From contig JBCBLB010000002.1 in NCBI GenBank assembly GCA_038520555.1, positions 1 through 51,058 of the forward strand: 51,058 bases of DNA. The letters are read 5' to 3'. Made by a program: the position numbers and the translations under genes. Within the stretch, counting starts at the first letter, position 1. Each line of letters opens with the position of its first letter. The stretch comes from Myxococcota bacterium. Lineage in GTDB: Bacteria; Myxococcota_A; UBA796. Of this stretch, positions 7,707 through 16,648 are shown piece after piece. The notes beneath the pieces were generated by a model, which saw only the letters and a program-made list of their open reading frames with translations, was not told the DNA's origin and searched no databases.

Positions 7707-9362
7707 CTACTCCTCTTCGTTGTGCGGGCTCAGCGGCGGCAGCGGATTTTCGGCTTCCTTTTCACGGGCGAGCGCCTCCAGGTTTTCATCCTCATCGAGG
7801 AACCCGAGTCGCTGCAGGTGCCGCAGATAGGTCAGGTACGGGATGTCTGCCTTGATGGTCTGCAACGCCTTCAGCTCGGCGAGGCGGTCGGTGGGCGTGG
7901 CCGCGGCAGAGAGCAGCCGCTGGCTTTGTCGGATGTCGAGCAGCGCCTGCAGGGCTCCTGGCTGGTCTGTGCCAGGATGCAGCCGCATGTACGCCTCGAC
8001 GGGATTGATGAGGCCCGCATCCAGCATGCGGATCACCTCATCGATGGCCGCCGCTCGCTCTGCGGGGCTCTGCGGGATCGGTGCGTAGGTGATCTGGTAG
8101 TCGTCCGGATCGGTGGGCAGGTCTGCGCCAGCGTTGACGTTGAGCAGCCGGGCGGCGATCGAGAGCAGCTGTCGGTCGCCCAGGCGGTTGGGCAGTCCCT
8201 GGCGGCGCCGCACGGCCCGCTGGCCGTCTCGGCTGACGACGATGGCGTAGCCTGAGCGGTTGGTCGAGCCCAAGGTGATGTCGGAAGGAGAGACGCCCGC
8301 ATACAGCGCGAGCCCGGCCATATACTGCTCGATGGCCTCTGCGGTCGCCTTGACGTTGAGCGTGCTCCGCCAGGCGTCGATTCGGCCCTGGACCCCGTCT
8401 TTGGTGCTCTTGATGGGCAGGATCATCCGTGGGTCGGCGACGATGCCCTGGGCTCCCTGGTTGTCATTGCCCGATTTCCGCGGGGACGCGCCTTCGACCT
8501 TGCCATCGATGAGGACGCGGTTGTCGTAGCTCGCATCCCGAACGCCCATCCCCCAGAAGGTCCAGAACGCACTCGCCGTCAGGGTTCCCTCATACAGGCC
8601 CTTCTGTGGCCAGGGGTTCCACAGACTGTTCGCGACCCGTCGGTGATAAATCACATACGGCAGGATCGGCTGGCCATCGTCGAAGTAGGCATCTGGCCAC
8701 GGCATCTCGACGACGTTGCCGACCGTCTTCCCGGTCCGCTCATCGACGAAGCGATCGTAGCGCCGGGGACTGCCTGGATCCGAGAGGTCCCAGCCCTCAA
8801 TGACCCACTGCGACTTGCTGTTTTCAGCCTCTGGATCTGCAGGCTTCCAGCGCAGCTCTTCGACACCGACGAGCTTGTCTGGCCGCTCCGGGTGAGAAAT
8901 GGCACGGGTGACGAGGTGGGGGTAAACGACCCGATACGCCAGCCCCTCTGGGGCCTCCGCTGCCTCCTCCCCCTCATCGATCCAGTCCACCCGCATCAAG
9001 CACTCGTTGATGCCCTCGGTGAGGTAGTGACGCTCCTGAGACAGCGCCCAGAGCAGCTCCAGCTTCAGCCGCGGCTCTTCGAGCGGCCCGCCAGACAGAC
9101 GCACCGTGGGCGCTTCATCGTAGAGGGTGGCGAGCTGGCTGACGACCATCACCGCAGGATTGCGGCTCAGATCCGGGTGAGGCATCGACTCGATGAGCTG
9201 GCTGTTGAAGAACGTCTCCTCACGCCAGCGCGCGTCCTGCATCCAGCACTCGTTGAGCACCCGCCAGCGCATCGCCTGCTGCTGGATGCGGTAGCCCTCT
9301 GCGCCCACCTGGACCGGCGGATAGCGCACCTGGTGCTCTTTGCCGACGTAGCTGTAGGTCAT
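7707..9362 (-). CDS. Portal protein
   Basis: 551 aa between terL and scaffold; RSGYAI segment resembles the SGxA motif of portals. Confidence 0.75.
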   Translation of the reverse strand: MTYSYVGKEHQVRYPPVQVGAEGYRIQQQAMRWRVLNECWMQDARWREETFFNSQLIESMPHPDLSRNPAVMVVSQLATLYDEAPTVRLSGGPLEEPRLKLELLWALSQERHYLTEGINECLMRVDWIDEGEEAAEAPEGLAYRVVYPHLVTRAISHPERPDKLVGVEELRWKPADPEAENSKSQWVIEGWDLSDPGSPRRYDRFVDERTGKTVGNVVEMPWPDAYFDDGQPILPYVIYHRRVANSLWNPWPQKGLYEGTLTASAFWTFWGMGVRDASYDNRVLIDGKVEGASPRKSGNDNQGAQGIVADPRMILPIKSTKDGVQGRIDAWRSTLNVKATAEAIEQYMAGLALYAGVSPSDITLGSTNRSGYAIVVSRDGQRAVRRRQGLPNRLGDRQLLSIAARLLNVNAGADLPTDPDDYQITYAPIPQSPAERAAAIDEVIRMLDAGLINPVEAYMRLHPGTDQPGALQALLDIRQSQRLLSAAATPTDRLAELKALQTIKADIPYLTYLRHLQRLGFLDEDENLEALAREKEAENPLPPLSPHNEEE

Positions 9363-9838
9363 GCCTCTGCAGCCTCAGCGTGCGCAGGCGTCAGGGGCTG
9401 GTGCAGCGCGATGGCACTGTTCGCCCACCACCGCGCCTCACACAGCCGCATCGCCGCGTGGGTGTACAGCTGCCGCATCGCCTGCTCGCGCTGGGCGGGG
9501 ATGGCGAAGCTCCCCCGCATCGAGACCCACTCGTTGGCGGCGTTCCGGACCGTGCGGATCGCATCGAGCGACAGGCTCCGCTCTCGACAATCCGGGACGT
9601 GCCGCAAGAGCATCTCCGCGAATCCGCGGGTGATCTTGTCGACGTTGTGTCGGCCGGCCTGCCCCCCAAACGCCTGACCCAGCACCATCGAGACGGCCGC
9701 CTCTGCGGTGCGCACCGCGCTGTAGTGCTCCGCCTGGTCAGGTCGGGGCGGGTGCCAGGAGAAGAGGCGGTCGAGATCGTGCTCAGTCATCAAAGGGTGC
9801 TCCTCGTGCAGCAGCGGCAGCAGCAGATTCAAATCCAT
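9359..9838 (-). CDS. Acb2/Tad1-hairpin-like protein (putative nucleotide-signal sponge)
   Basis: LDRLFSWHPPRPDQAEHYSAVR ... PDCRERSLSL ... LCEARWWANSAIA matches the FxYHxP...Q..Y..R / PxxRExSLA / LEEAxxWANxxIA pattern. Confidence 0.6.
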   Translation of the reverse strand: MDLNLLLPLLHEEHPLMTEHDLDRLFSWHPPRPDQAEHYSAVRTAEAAVSMVLGQAFGGQAGRHNVDKITRGFAEMLLRHVPDCRERSLSLDAIRTVRNAANEWVSMRGSFAIPAQREQAMRQLYTHAAMRLCEARWWANSAIALHQPLTPAHAEAAEA

Positions 9839-9839
9839 C

Positions 9840-11261
9840 TCAGCCCCTCACAATGGGTTGTCCAGCGGCCTCCTGCCAGGACAGCAGCTCGTCAAGAATG
9901 CCGTAGCGCGCGCCGTCGACCGCGTTCTTCAGGTCCGACTCGCGCTTGAGGGTGTAGTGGCGGCCCGCCCGGATGAGGCGCCGGCAGGACTGGTGAACGA
10001 ACCATCGTCCCTCCCGCATCGCCGTGTTCATCCCCGACTCCCCCGCCGCCACCGAGCCTGCGCGCTTGGCGGGAAGCTCAATCTCGAACGGGCAGGCGGA
10101 CAGACCGAGCCGATCGGCCAGGGCGCGCTCGATGAAGGCGTTGTACTTCGCGCCCCCGCCGAGCAGGCCGGCAGAGTTGGCGTCTCCGAAGGCGCGCTTG
10201 ATGTGGTAGGGCGAGAGGCCGTACTCGTCGAGGCCGTTGAGGATGATGTCGACGATGTCGTCCGGAGTCGCGCCCGCCTTCTCCGGGCAACCCTCAAAGA
10301 AGGTCCAGTAGCGGCGGCTGCGGCGGTTTCCGGTGAGCAGGTGCAGGTAGATGAGCTGGTTGGCGTCGCCCTCGCCGTGGTCCATCGAGAGGCGCAGCTC
10401 GAAGCCCTTCTCCGGCAGATCCTCATCGTCGACGATGAGCCCCTCGTGGAAGTGCGGGAAGCGGCGACCGGTGGTGTAGCCCTCCCACTCCGCGCCGATG
10501 CGCTGGGGCCGCTCGTGCTCTTCCACCTCGGTGGCCATCACCTCGAGCTTTTCGTCAGAGAGGTGCGGCGCGTTCTCCTTGGTCAGCGCCCAGGGCTTGT
10601 GTGCCCCCCACCAGTCCGGCTCGCGCGCCGGGAAACCCTGATCCTCCAGACCCTCGACGAGCAGCTGGAGCCACTCAACCGGGCGGTTGATGGGCGTGAG
10701 CGTGATCCAGACCGGGCCAAGGGTACGGTTGACGCGAGACCGACACGCGTTGAAGTGGCCGATCTTCGGGGGCTCATCGCACCAGAACCAATCGATGCGC
10801 TCGCCTTCGAGGCTCATCAGATCCTGCTTGCAGCCTTTTCCGACCAGCTTTCCGCCGCCCAGCTCGTCTTTGATCTTCACGATCTTGCGAGAGTGGAAGG
10901 TGTAGCCGACGCCGTCGACGTACTTGCACCGGGGATCCAGGACGTCAGGCGGCTCCAGCTCCTGCAGGACACGCGAGATGTTTGGCCAGCCCGCGGTGAG
11001 GTCCTGGCAGAGCACCCAGCCCGTGCCGGTGGTGCGCCGCGTCTGTCGATGCGGGTGCGCGTTGAGGAGATGCCACCACGCCTCCGCGGCGCCCGCATAG
11101 CTCTTGCCGAGACCGTTGGCCGCCCGGAAGATGCGCTTACGATCTGTGGACGTGTGAAACGCCTCCTGGGCCACGCTCATCCCACCCCAGCCCGGCGGCT
11201 CCTCCGCGTACAGCCGCAGCGGGTCTCGGGTCAGCGCATCGATGGCAGTCCCCCAGACCAT
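9840..11261 (-). CDS. Terminase large subunit
   Basis: Walker A AANGLGKS, Walker B WFWCDEP, coupling motif TLTP, nuclease acidic residues SMDHG and NAVDGARY. Confidence 0.92.
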   Translation of the reverse strand: MVWGTAIDALTRDPLRLYAEEPPGWGGMSVAQEAFHTSTDRKRIFRAANGLGKSYAGAAEAWWHLLNAHPHRQTRRTTGTGWVLCQDLTAGWPNISRVLQELEPPDVLDPRCKYVDGVGYTFHSRKIVKIKDELGGGKLVGKGCKQDLMSLEGERIDWFWCDEPPKIGHFNACRSRVNRTLGPVWITLTPINRPVEWLQLLVEGLEDQGFPAREPDWWGAHKPWALTKENAPHLSDEKLEVMATEVEEHERPQRIGAEWEGYTTGRRFPHFHEGLIVDDEDLPEKGFELRLSMDHGEGDANQLIYLHLLTGNRRSRRYWTFFEGCPEKAGATPDDIVDIILNGLDEYGLSPYHIKRAFGDANSAGLLGGGAKYNAFIERALADRLGLSACPFEIELPAKRAGSVAAGESGMNTAMREGRWFVHQSCRRLIRAGRHYTLKRESDLKNAVDGARYGILDELLSWQEAAGQPIVRG

Positions 11262-11380
11262 CAGGCAGGCCCACCGGCAGCAGCAGCGGCTGCCACTTTT
11301 TGTTCAGTGCTTTGTTCAGGGTACAGTGTCATGAATACACTGTCTGTGGTCATCGGCATGGACTCAAAACCTCCCCACGG

Positions 11381-11409
11381 GGAGTACGCGAGTGCTCTTG
11401 ACACGTCAA
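11381..11409 (-). promoter_or_regulatory. Sigma70-like promoter upstream of terL (TTGACG-N17-TACTCC) with the same palindrome
   Basis: TTGACACGTCAA at 11398-11409 is identical to 6731-6742. Confidence 0.55.
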
Positions 11410-11429
11410 TACCTGAACAGCCCATCAGT

Positions 11430-11609
11430 CTATTCCTCCCACGCATCGAGGCTGTCCAGGTAGGCGATGCCCTCCCAGTAGTCCTCGTCATAGATGGGCT
11501 CAGGAATGCGGGGCTTCACGTGAGGTCGACGTCTCCGCGCTTCTCGCATCGCCTTGATGCGCTCGTGGGCGGCCTGAATCCGCGCCAGACGCGCTTCGTC
11601 TGCGGTCAT
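11430..11609 (-). CDS. 59-aa phage protein (MTADEARLARIQAAHERIKAMREARRRRPH...DAWEE)
   Basis: Below the ORF-track cutoff; ATG overlaps the terS stop (ATGA), GGAGG RBS. Confidence 0.6.
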   Translation of the reverse strand: MTADEARLARIQAAHERIKAMREARRRRPHVKPRIPEPIYDEDYWEGIAYLDSLDAWEE

Positions 11610-12268
11610 GCCGTCCTCCGCTCAGCCATCCGCAGCGCCTGCTCCAGCCGCTTGGGGTGAAGGCGCGCCAGGATGTGGATCGGCAGACGGGTAAGCTCTG
11701 TCTCCACGAAGTGCTCGATGCCCGCCTCGGTGGTTAAATCCAGCCGCTGCTCGGGCTCGGGCTCCGCCATGACGTCCTCGACCTCCATCAGCACTCCGAG
11801 CTTGTCGAGGTTCATGTGCAGCGCCTTGGTATAGGCGAGGTAGTCTCTGGCTGCGATGCGCTGGCTGCCCTCCTCACAGGTCGGACACAAGCACCCCTGC
11901 TCCTGGATTCGGACCAGACGCCGGATCGTCCGCTGGATGCGCAGCCGGGTCACCTCGTCGAGGTGCTTGGCGGTGAGCTGCTGCTTGCGTCGCTCCTCAT
12001 TGACCCAGGCGATCTGGTTCTCTCTCCGTCGAGAGAGCCTGGGGTCAGGAGGAGCTTCGGCGGCGGCAGCGGCCCTCTCTTCCTGATTGAAGGGCATCAC
12101 CTTCCCCGGCTCAGCAAGCCGCCCCCCTCCAGCCCTGGACCGCTCTCGGCTCATCGCAGACCGCCAGGTTCCAGGGTTCACGCCGTGGGCCAATCGAACC
12201 GTCTCCTCCGGGTGTCCAGCCCGGAGGTCTCTGAAAATACTGTCCCAGTCGATCTTCAAGCGTGGCAC
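11606..12268 (-). CDS. Putative terminase small subunit
   Basis: N-terminal HTH-like IDWDSIFRDLRAG...LAHGVNPGTWRS, helical remainder, upstream of terL. Confidence 0.7.
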   Translation of the reverse strand: MPRLKIDWDSIFRDLRAGHPEETVRLAHGVNPGTWRSAMSRERSRAGGGRLAEPGKVMPFNQEERAAAAAEAPPDPRLSRRRENQIAWVNEERRKQQLTAKHLDEVTRLRIQRTIRRLVRIQEQGCLCPTCEEGSQRIAARDYLAYTKALHMNLDKLGVLMEVEDVMAEPEPEQRLDLTTEAGIEHFVETELTRLPIHILARLHPKRLEQALRMAERRTA

Positions 12269-12379
12269 GTCAGCAACCTACTGCAGACGTTGCGACGTTG
12301 CAACGTATTTTGAGACACTCTGTTTCACAGGTGGAACAATCCCGACCCAGACGCGCAGAGACATGTTGCAACACCTGTC

Positions 12380-12757
12380 TCATCCCCACTGGACGTCCCC
12401 GACGGTGCGGACCAGGCGCACCTGGTAGGCGCTCACCTCTGCGGTCAGGCCATGGGTGTCGTCGCAGTACAGGCGGATCTCCAGATCATCCCAGACCGCG
12501 CTGAAGCGGAGGTAAGAGTCATCGTCGCCGTCGTCGCGGCGCAGACCCGGATGACAGCCCTCCAGGAGGCCAACCCAGGCGCTCACCTCTGCGAGGACGT
12601 CTGGGGGGTGGCCCTGGAAGCAGGGCGGGGGGGCAGGCAGGGCGCGCTCGGTGGACAGCAGGGCGTCTCGGAGCGACGAGAGCCACTCCTGGATGGTGTC
12701 AGCAGATGGGAGAGGCTCCAGAGGCTCTGAGGGGCTGATGCGTGGCAATGCGCTCAT
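12380..12757 (-). CDS. Phage hypothetical protein
   Basis: Coupled ORF with AGGAG RBS. Confidence 0.55.
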   Translation of the reverse strand: MSALPRISPSEPLEPLPSADTIQEWLSSLRDALLSTERALPAPPPCFQGHPPDVLAEVSAWVGLLEGCHPGLRRDDGDDDSYLRFSAVWDDLEIRLYCDDTHGLTAEVSAYQVRLVRTVGDVQWG

Positions 12758-13083
12758 CGTGACGCTCCTTCTGCAGCGGCAGCAGCCTCTTCTTCATCTT
12801 CCCAGATCTCAAGGGCCGCCTCTGTGTACCGACGCAGGGCATCGAGGGCGATCACCTCTGGGATCATCTCGGTGTTGATGTGCAGCGACGCGTGAGGGTG
12901 GACCTCGATAGCCAGCCCCACCGCCTCACCTTCCCCAGAAGCAGCCAGGGCCGCTTCATAGCGCTCGACCTGGGGCCAGACCGATCCGTCGGCGTGGAGG
13001 CGCAGGGTCAGGGTGGCGACGGGCGGCGTGGTCTCAACGATGTGGTCAGCGCGGACTTCGCCGAACTGGATGATCTTGTCCAT
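12754..13083 (-). CDS. Phage hypothetical protein
   Basis: Coupled ORF. Confidence 0.6.
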   Translation of the reverse strand: MDKIIQFGEVRADHIVETTPPVATLTLRLHADGSVWPQVERYEAALAASGEGEAVGLAIEVHPHASLHINTEMIPEVIALDALRRYTEAALEIWEDEEEAAAAAEGASR

Positions 13084-13943
13084 CAGCCCACCCCCTCGAC
13101 CAGCTCAACGATCACCTCTTCGACAGCCCGGCTCTCGACGACCGCCTCTGGCTCGGCGATGGGCCACCACTGCCCTGCAGACAGCCCCCTCGGCACGTCG
13201 TAGCCCCGCACCAACGGGTACGCGGGCGTGATGGTGCCCTCCGTCAGGCGCAGCTGCCGCTCCAGGGCGCGGTGGACCGCAGGATCACGCGGGATCGAGA
13301 TGTGCACCTCAGCCCGATCCTGGGCATCGACGGCGACGATGGTGCACGGCTGACGGCGCTTTTCGCCATCGAGCATGAAGTGGTAGCGGCCGTGCGTCTG
13401 GCTGGCGGGCATGGCGTCCTCCGTGAGGATGAGCGTGAGGTTGGTGTGGGACCCAGACCGGGTTTCAGCAGTCATCTGGGCGCACAGACCCAGCACGTCG
13501 ATCATCAGCCCCGCCCCGCAGGTCTGCAGCGTGCAGCGGTGACCGACGAACCGACGGTTGAGATCAGCCAGAGACAGCAGGGCCCGCTGGCTGTGGTTGC
13601 ACTCCGGACAGGTCAACAGGTGCGTCGGGTAGACCTCCGCCGAGAACCGGGCCTCTCGGGTGATCGTGTACCGGCGGTTCCGCCACCGCTCGGACTGGTG
13701 GTAGTCGGCGTCGAGCAGAGGGTAGGTCTGCAGGATGGCCCGGTCCGCCCGACACTGGGGGCAGTGCAGATCGACGCGCAGGAGCCTCGAAGCCCGAAGG
13801 CTCGACGGGATGTCGACGAGGAGGTCCGGGTGCTTCGGGCAGGGCTCCTGGGCCTCGGCGTGGTTCCAGGGGTTGTCGTAGGTGGTCGAGAGGACGGGAT
13901 CGGGCGGCAGCGGCTGCTTTTTATCGAAGCGGTCGATGTTCAT
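13083..13943 (-). CDS. Phage protein with several CxxC/CxxH zinc-ligand pairs
   Basis: CPKH, CPQC, CPEC, CTLQTC; GGAGG RBS. Confidence 0.6.
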   Translation of the reverse strand: MNIDRFDKKQPLPPDPVLSTTYDNPWNHAEAQEPCPKHPDLLVDIPSSLRASRLLRVDLHCPQCRADRAILQTYPLLDADYHQSERWRNRRYTITREARFSAEVYPTHLLTCPECNHSQRALLSLADLNRRFVGHRCTLQTCGAGLMIDVLGLCAQMTAETRSGSHTNLTLILTEDAMPASQTHGRYHFMLDGEKRRQPCTIVAVDAQDRAEVHISIPRDPAVHRALERQLRLTEGTITPAYPLVRGYDVPRGLSAGQWWPIAEPEAVVESRAVEEVIVELVEGVG

Positions 13944-14356
13944 TGTGCAGCCTCCAGGGCTACGACCAGCGCCTCAGCTTCAGAGGTGTAGAAGTCTTCC
14001 TTGGTGAAGATGGGTTCTTCACTCAGGTAAGCCCCCAGCATCCACCCAAAGTGACCAGCAAAGAACACATGCGCAAAGTCCTCTTCCCACGCATCGCGTA
14101 CCAGCGCGAGCAGGCATCCGAGAGTGGCGGGGTCAGAAAAGTCAGCAACCACCCGGCCATCTGTGGCCAGATCCTGCCGATCTTCGTCGGAGAGGATTCG
14201 ATTCTCCCAGAAGGTGCCATCCGGTCTCGGAAAATCAGGGTGCCAGACGTAGCGCATCCCCGGCATCCATCGCCAGCCCTTGCAGGCGACTGCGCGACGG
14301 CCCAGCGCGATCAGTTCATCGGTCACCACAGGCCCCCCGGATGACGAGTTCGTCAC
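13940..14356 (-). CDS. Conserved phage hypothetical protein (WRWMPGM ... DxSDPATLGCLLALVR type)
   Basis: Motifs recognised from recurrent uncharacterised phage proteins. Confidence 0.65.
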   Translation of the reverse strand: MTNSSSGGPVVTDELIALGRRAVACKGWRWMPGMRYVWHPDFPRPDGTFWENRILSDEDRQDLATDGRVVADFSDPATLGCLLALVRDAWEEDFAHVFFAGHFGWMLGAYLSEEPIFTKEDFYTSEAEALVVALEAAQ

Positions 14357-14618
14357 GCCCGGCAGCCGCGGCGTAGGTCTTCAAGAGCAAGAGGGCGACC
14401 TGTCTGGCCACGGCCGGAGAGACATCGAGGACAACATCTGCGACCGTGACCACCCGATCACCCGCCACCATGCTGACCAACGGCGCCTGCACCACGATGC
14501 GCTCGCCCGCGCGCGGACGCGGCGAGATCTGGACGGCAATGCAGCCGATGCCGAGGCTCTTGCCGGTGCCGCGCCACTCCGCATAGCGGGTGTTCTTCCA
14601 TACAAGCTCCGCGCCCAT
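14316..14618 (-). CDS. Phage hypothetical protein
   Basis: ATG at 14618 overlaps the stop of the upstream ORF. Confidence 0.45.
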   Translation of the reverse strand: MGAELVWKNTRYAEWRGTGKSLGIGCIAVQISPRPRAGERIVVQAPLVSMVAGDRVVTVADVVLDVSPAVARQVALLLLKTYAAAAGRDELVIRGACGDR

Positions 14619-15013
14619 CACATCACCCCCTTGCGGCTGGGCTCTTCGATGATGGCGTCGAGCGTGGCATCGTCGATGCTGTGGAGCACGCCCGGACACG
14701 CTGCCGCCGGGTCTTCGGCGAGCTGGCGCATCTGCTCCGGGCGCAGGTAGGGGATCCCCTGAATCGCCTTCAGGGTATCGACCTCCAGGATGCAATCCCG
14801 CACGCCAGGGTGCAGGTCCCGGATCGCCTCACAGGCCTGCTTCATCGAGCCGGTCACCGGCGCCGCTCCCTCGCACAGCCAGGCCGTCGGGTCGGGCATC
14901 GGTGGAATCGTCACCACCAGATCGGGCCCGCTGTCCGCCCTCTGACCGACGATGACGCCGCCGGAGAATGTACCGAGCAGCAGCAGAATCGTGAAAAGTT
15001 TCTGGATCATCAT
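14618..15013 (-). CDS. Phage protein with N-terminal signal/anchor
   Basis: KLFTILLLLGTFSGGVIVG hydrophobic N-terminus, several Cys. Confidence 0.55.
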   Translation of the reverse strand: MMIQKLFTILLLLGTFSGGVIVGQRADSGPDLVVTIPPMPDPTAWLCEGAAPVTGSMKQACEAIRDLHPGVRDCILEVDTLKAIQGIPYLRPEQMRQLAEDPAAACPGVLHSIDDATLDAIIEEPSRKGVM

Positions 15014-15215
15014 CCTCTCCTTCGAACAGGTTCATCAGCCGATCGGTCGGCCAGCTCATCCACAGCCACCACGCCCCCATCAGCAGGGCGGCGTTTTGCA
15101 GCAGGGGCCACGGGTCCAGCCGGGCGTCGACCTGGGCGCCGGCCAGCCACCACAGCAGCACCAGCCACCCCAGAATCGTCGGGAGATCGACGGGCCGCAT
15201 CTGCTCTCCCTGCAT
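14829..15215 (-). CDS. Two-TM small membrane protein (possible holin-like; boundaries uncertain)
   Basis: Two Trp/Leu-rich hydrophobic segments; overlaps neighbouring ORFs. Confidence 0.35.
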   Translation of the reverse strand: MQGEQMRPVDLPTILGWLVLLWWLAGAQVDARLDPWPLLQNAALLMGAWWLWMSWPTDRLMNLFEGEDDDPETFHDSAAARYILRRRHRRSEGGQRARSGGDDSTDARPDGLAVRGSGAGDRLDEAGL

Positions 15216-15437
15216 CGGTAGAGACGCCCGCGCAACAGCAGCAGCTCTCGGTTGTGTGCGTCAGCCTGCCAGGAGTCTCGGCTGCCGCTGCTGGCGGGTC
15301 GAATCGGGTGTTGGCGGCAGCCGAGCCGTCGGCGGGCACCGGGTGGGCGCGGGCGGCCTGCTCAGCCTCGAAGTGAGGCGCCAGAAGCATGGCCCAGACC
15401 GGGTCGTCGGTGGCGTTGAATTCGTCGAGGATGCTGC

Positions 15438-16082
15438 TCATCCCTTCCTCCTCTTCCGGCCTTGCCGGCTGTTCCAGGTCGCGCGATCCCAGCAGGCGAT
15501 GCCCGCCGCCTCGGCGAGGTGATGGGGCTTTCCAAGCACCTTGAGCGCCCCCTGGAGCCCCACCACCCGAGCCGGCATCAGCTTCAGCGCCTGCTCCTTG
15601 GCCGTCTCGGTGCTCCAGGTGTTCGCGGTCGAGTGCAGGACCTGGCACCGCCAGACGGTCGCCAGCACCTCTGAGAAGCCCACATGAAGAACCGACTGCA
15701 CCCCGCCAACCATTCGCCCCGTGTCATGGGCGAGGGTGAGGCTGCCCTTGGGGTTGGGGCCGACGAACAGCTCTTCGACACACAAAGACACCGGCACGGA
15801 GTGGCTGGTGAGGTGCACCCGGTCGCCGAGGGTGTCGCCGAGCGCCCAGAACTCCGGCTCAACGAACAACTGCGTGAGGTTGTGGCTCATCGCATTGTAG
15901 GAGGAGACCTCGAAGCCATCGGGTCTGCTCTTCCTGCCCACCCGAAGCACCCAGGTGACCGCGAGGAGCAGGCGACCCCTCTCATTGAGCAGCGCCAGGG
16001 CGCCGGTCTGTCCAGGGTCGATCCCCACCCACAGGGCAGGGCGATCGGAGCGCGGCAGCAGCGGCTTCTGAAGACTGATCAT
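15438..16082 (-). CDS. RuvC-like Holliday junction resolvase
   Basis: WVGIDPGQTGALA, CVEE and HLAEAAGIA acidic motifs. Confidence 0.8.
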   Translation of the reverse strand: MISLQKPLLPRSDRPALWVGIDPGQTGALALLNERGRLLLAVTWVLRVGRKSRPDGFEVSSYNAMSHNLTQLFVEPEFWALGDTLGDRVHLTSHSVPVSLCVEELFVGPNPKGSLTLAHDTGRMVGGVQSVLHVGFSEVLATVWRCQVLHSTANTWSTETAKEQALKLMPARVVGLQGALKVLGKPHHLAEAAGIACWDRATWNSRQGRKRRKG

Positions 16083-16648
16083 TCCTCACCTCGCCGTGAC
16101 GACACCCACTGATCGCAGATGAACCGCAGAGCGGCGTCCATCTCGCCTTCGTCGACGCCGTAGGTTTCCATCGTCTGCTCGACGCCTTCCAGGGCGACGC
16201 TGTAGGCGATCGTCTCGATGGTGAGATTGCGGCCGACGAGGCAGTGATCACCCACGTTCAGCACGTCGCCCTGCGCTCCTGAGCGGCGCCGAATGCGCGG
16301 GTGCCTGATGTGCTGCATCCGGTAGGTCTGTGCACTTCGAAACGACCGGGACACTTCCAGGAGCTTGCTGGGGCGAGCCCAGTCCCGCCCACGCAGCCCC
16401 TTCATGAAGGCCAGCGGGTCGAAGTCGTCCATCGAATCACCAACGGCGTCGTGGAGCCGTTCGAGCCACTGGGCAGGTGAAGCCGAAGGCGGCTGTTCAG
16501 GCAGCCGATTCTGCACCGCCTCCATCTGCGCCTCGATGCGGCCCTGGCGCCCAGACAGCGCCCGATACTTCTCCAGGAGATCGTCATAGGCGCGTTCAAG
16601 TCGCTTGATCTCACGCGTGAAGCGAATCGACAGGTCAGGCTTGATCAT
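16079..16648 (-). CDS. Coiled-coil protein with C-terminal DUF433-like HTH
   Basis: GDHCLVGRNLTIETI...G..QTMETYGVDEGEMDAALRF. Confidence 0.55.
   Translation of the reverse strand: MIKPDLSIRFTREIKRLERAYDDLLEKYRALSGRQGRIEAQMEAVQNRLPEQPPSASPAQWLERLHDAVGDSMDDFDPLAFMKGLRGRDWARPSKLLEVSRSFRSAQTYRMQHIRHPRIRRRSGAQGDVLNVGDHCLVGRNLTIETIAYSVALEGVEQTMETYGVDEGEMDAALRFICDQWVSSRRGEE

Noticed and set aside
5511-11660. Long plus-strand ORFs 5511-6734, 8643-9677 and 9858-11660
   Set aside because: GC-rich antisense shadows of capsid, portal and terL, with no recognisable motifs
15010-15648. Minus-strand 212-aa ORF
   Set aside because: Overlaps ruvC and the two-TM ORF. A shorter gene from ATG 15441 may be real, but the frames cannot be resolved
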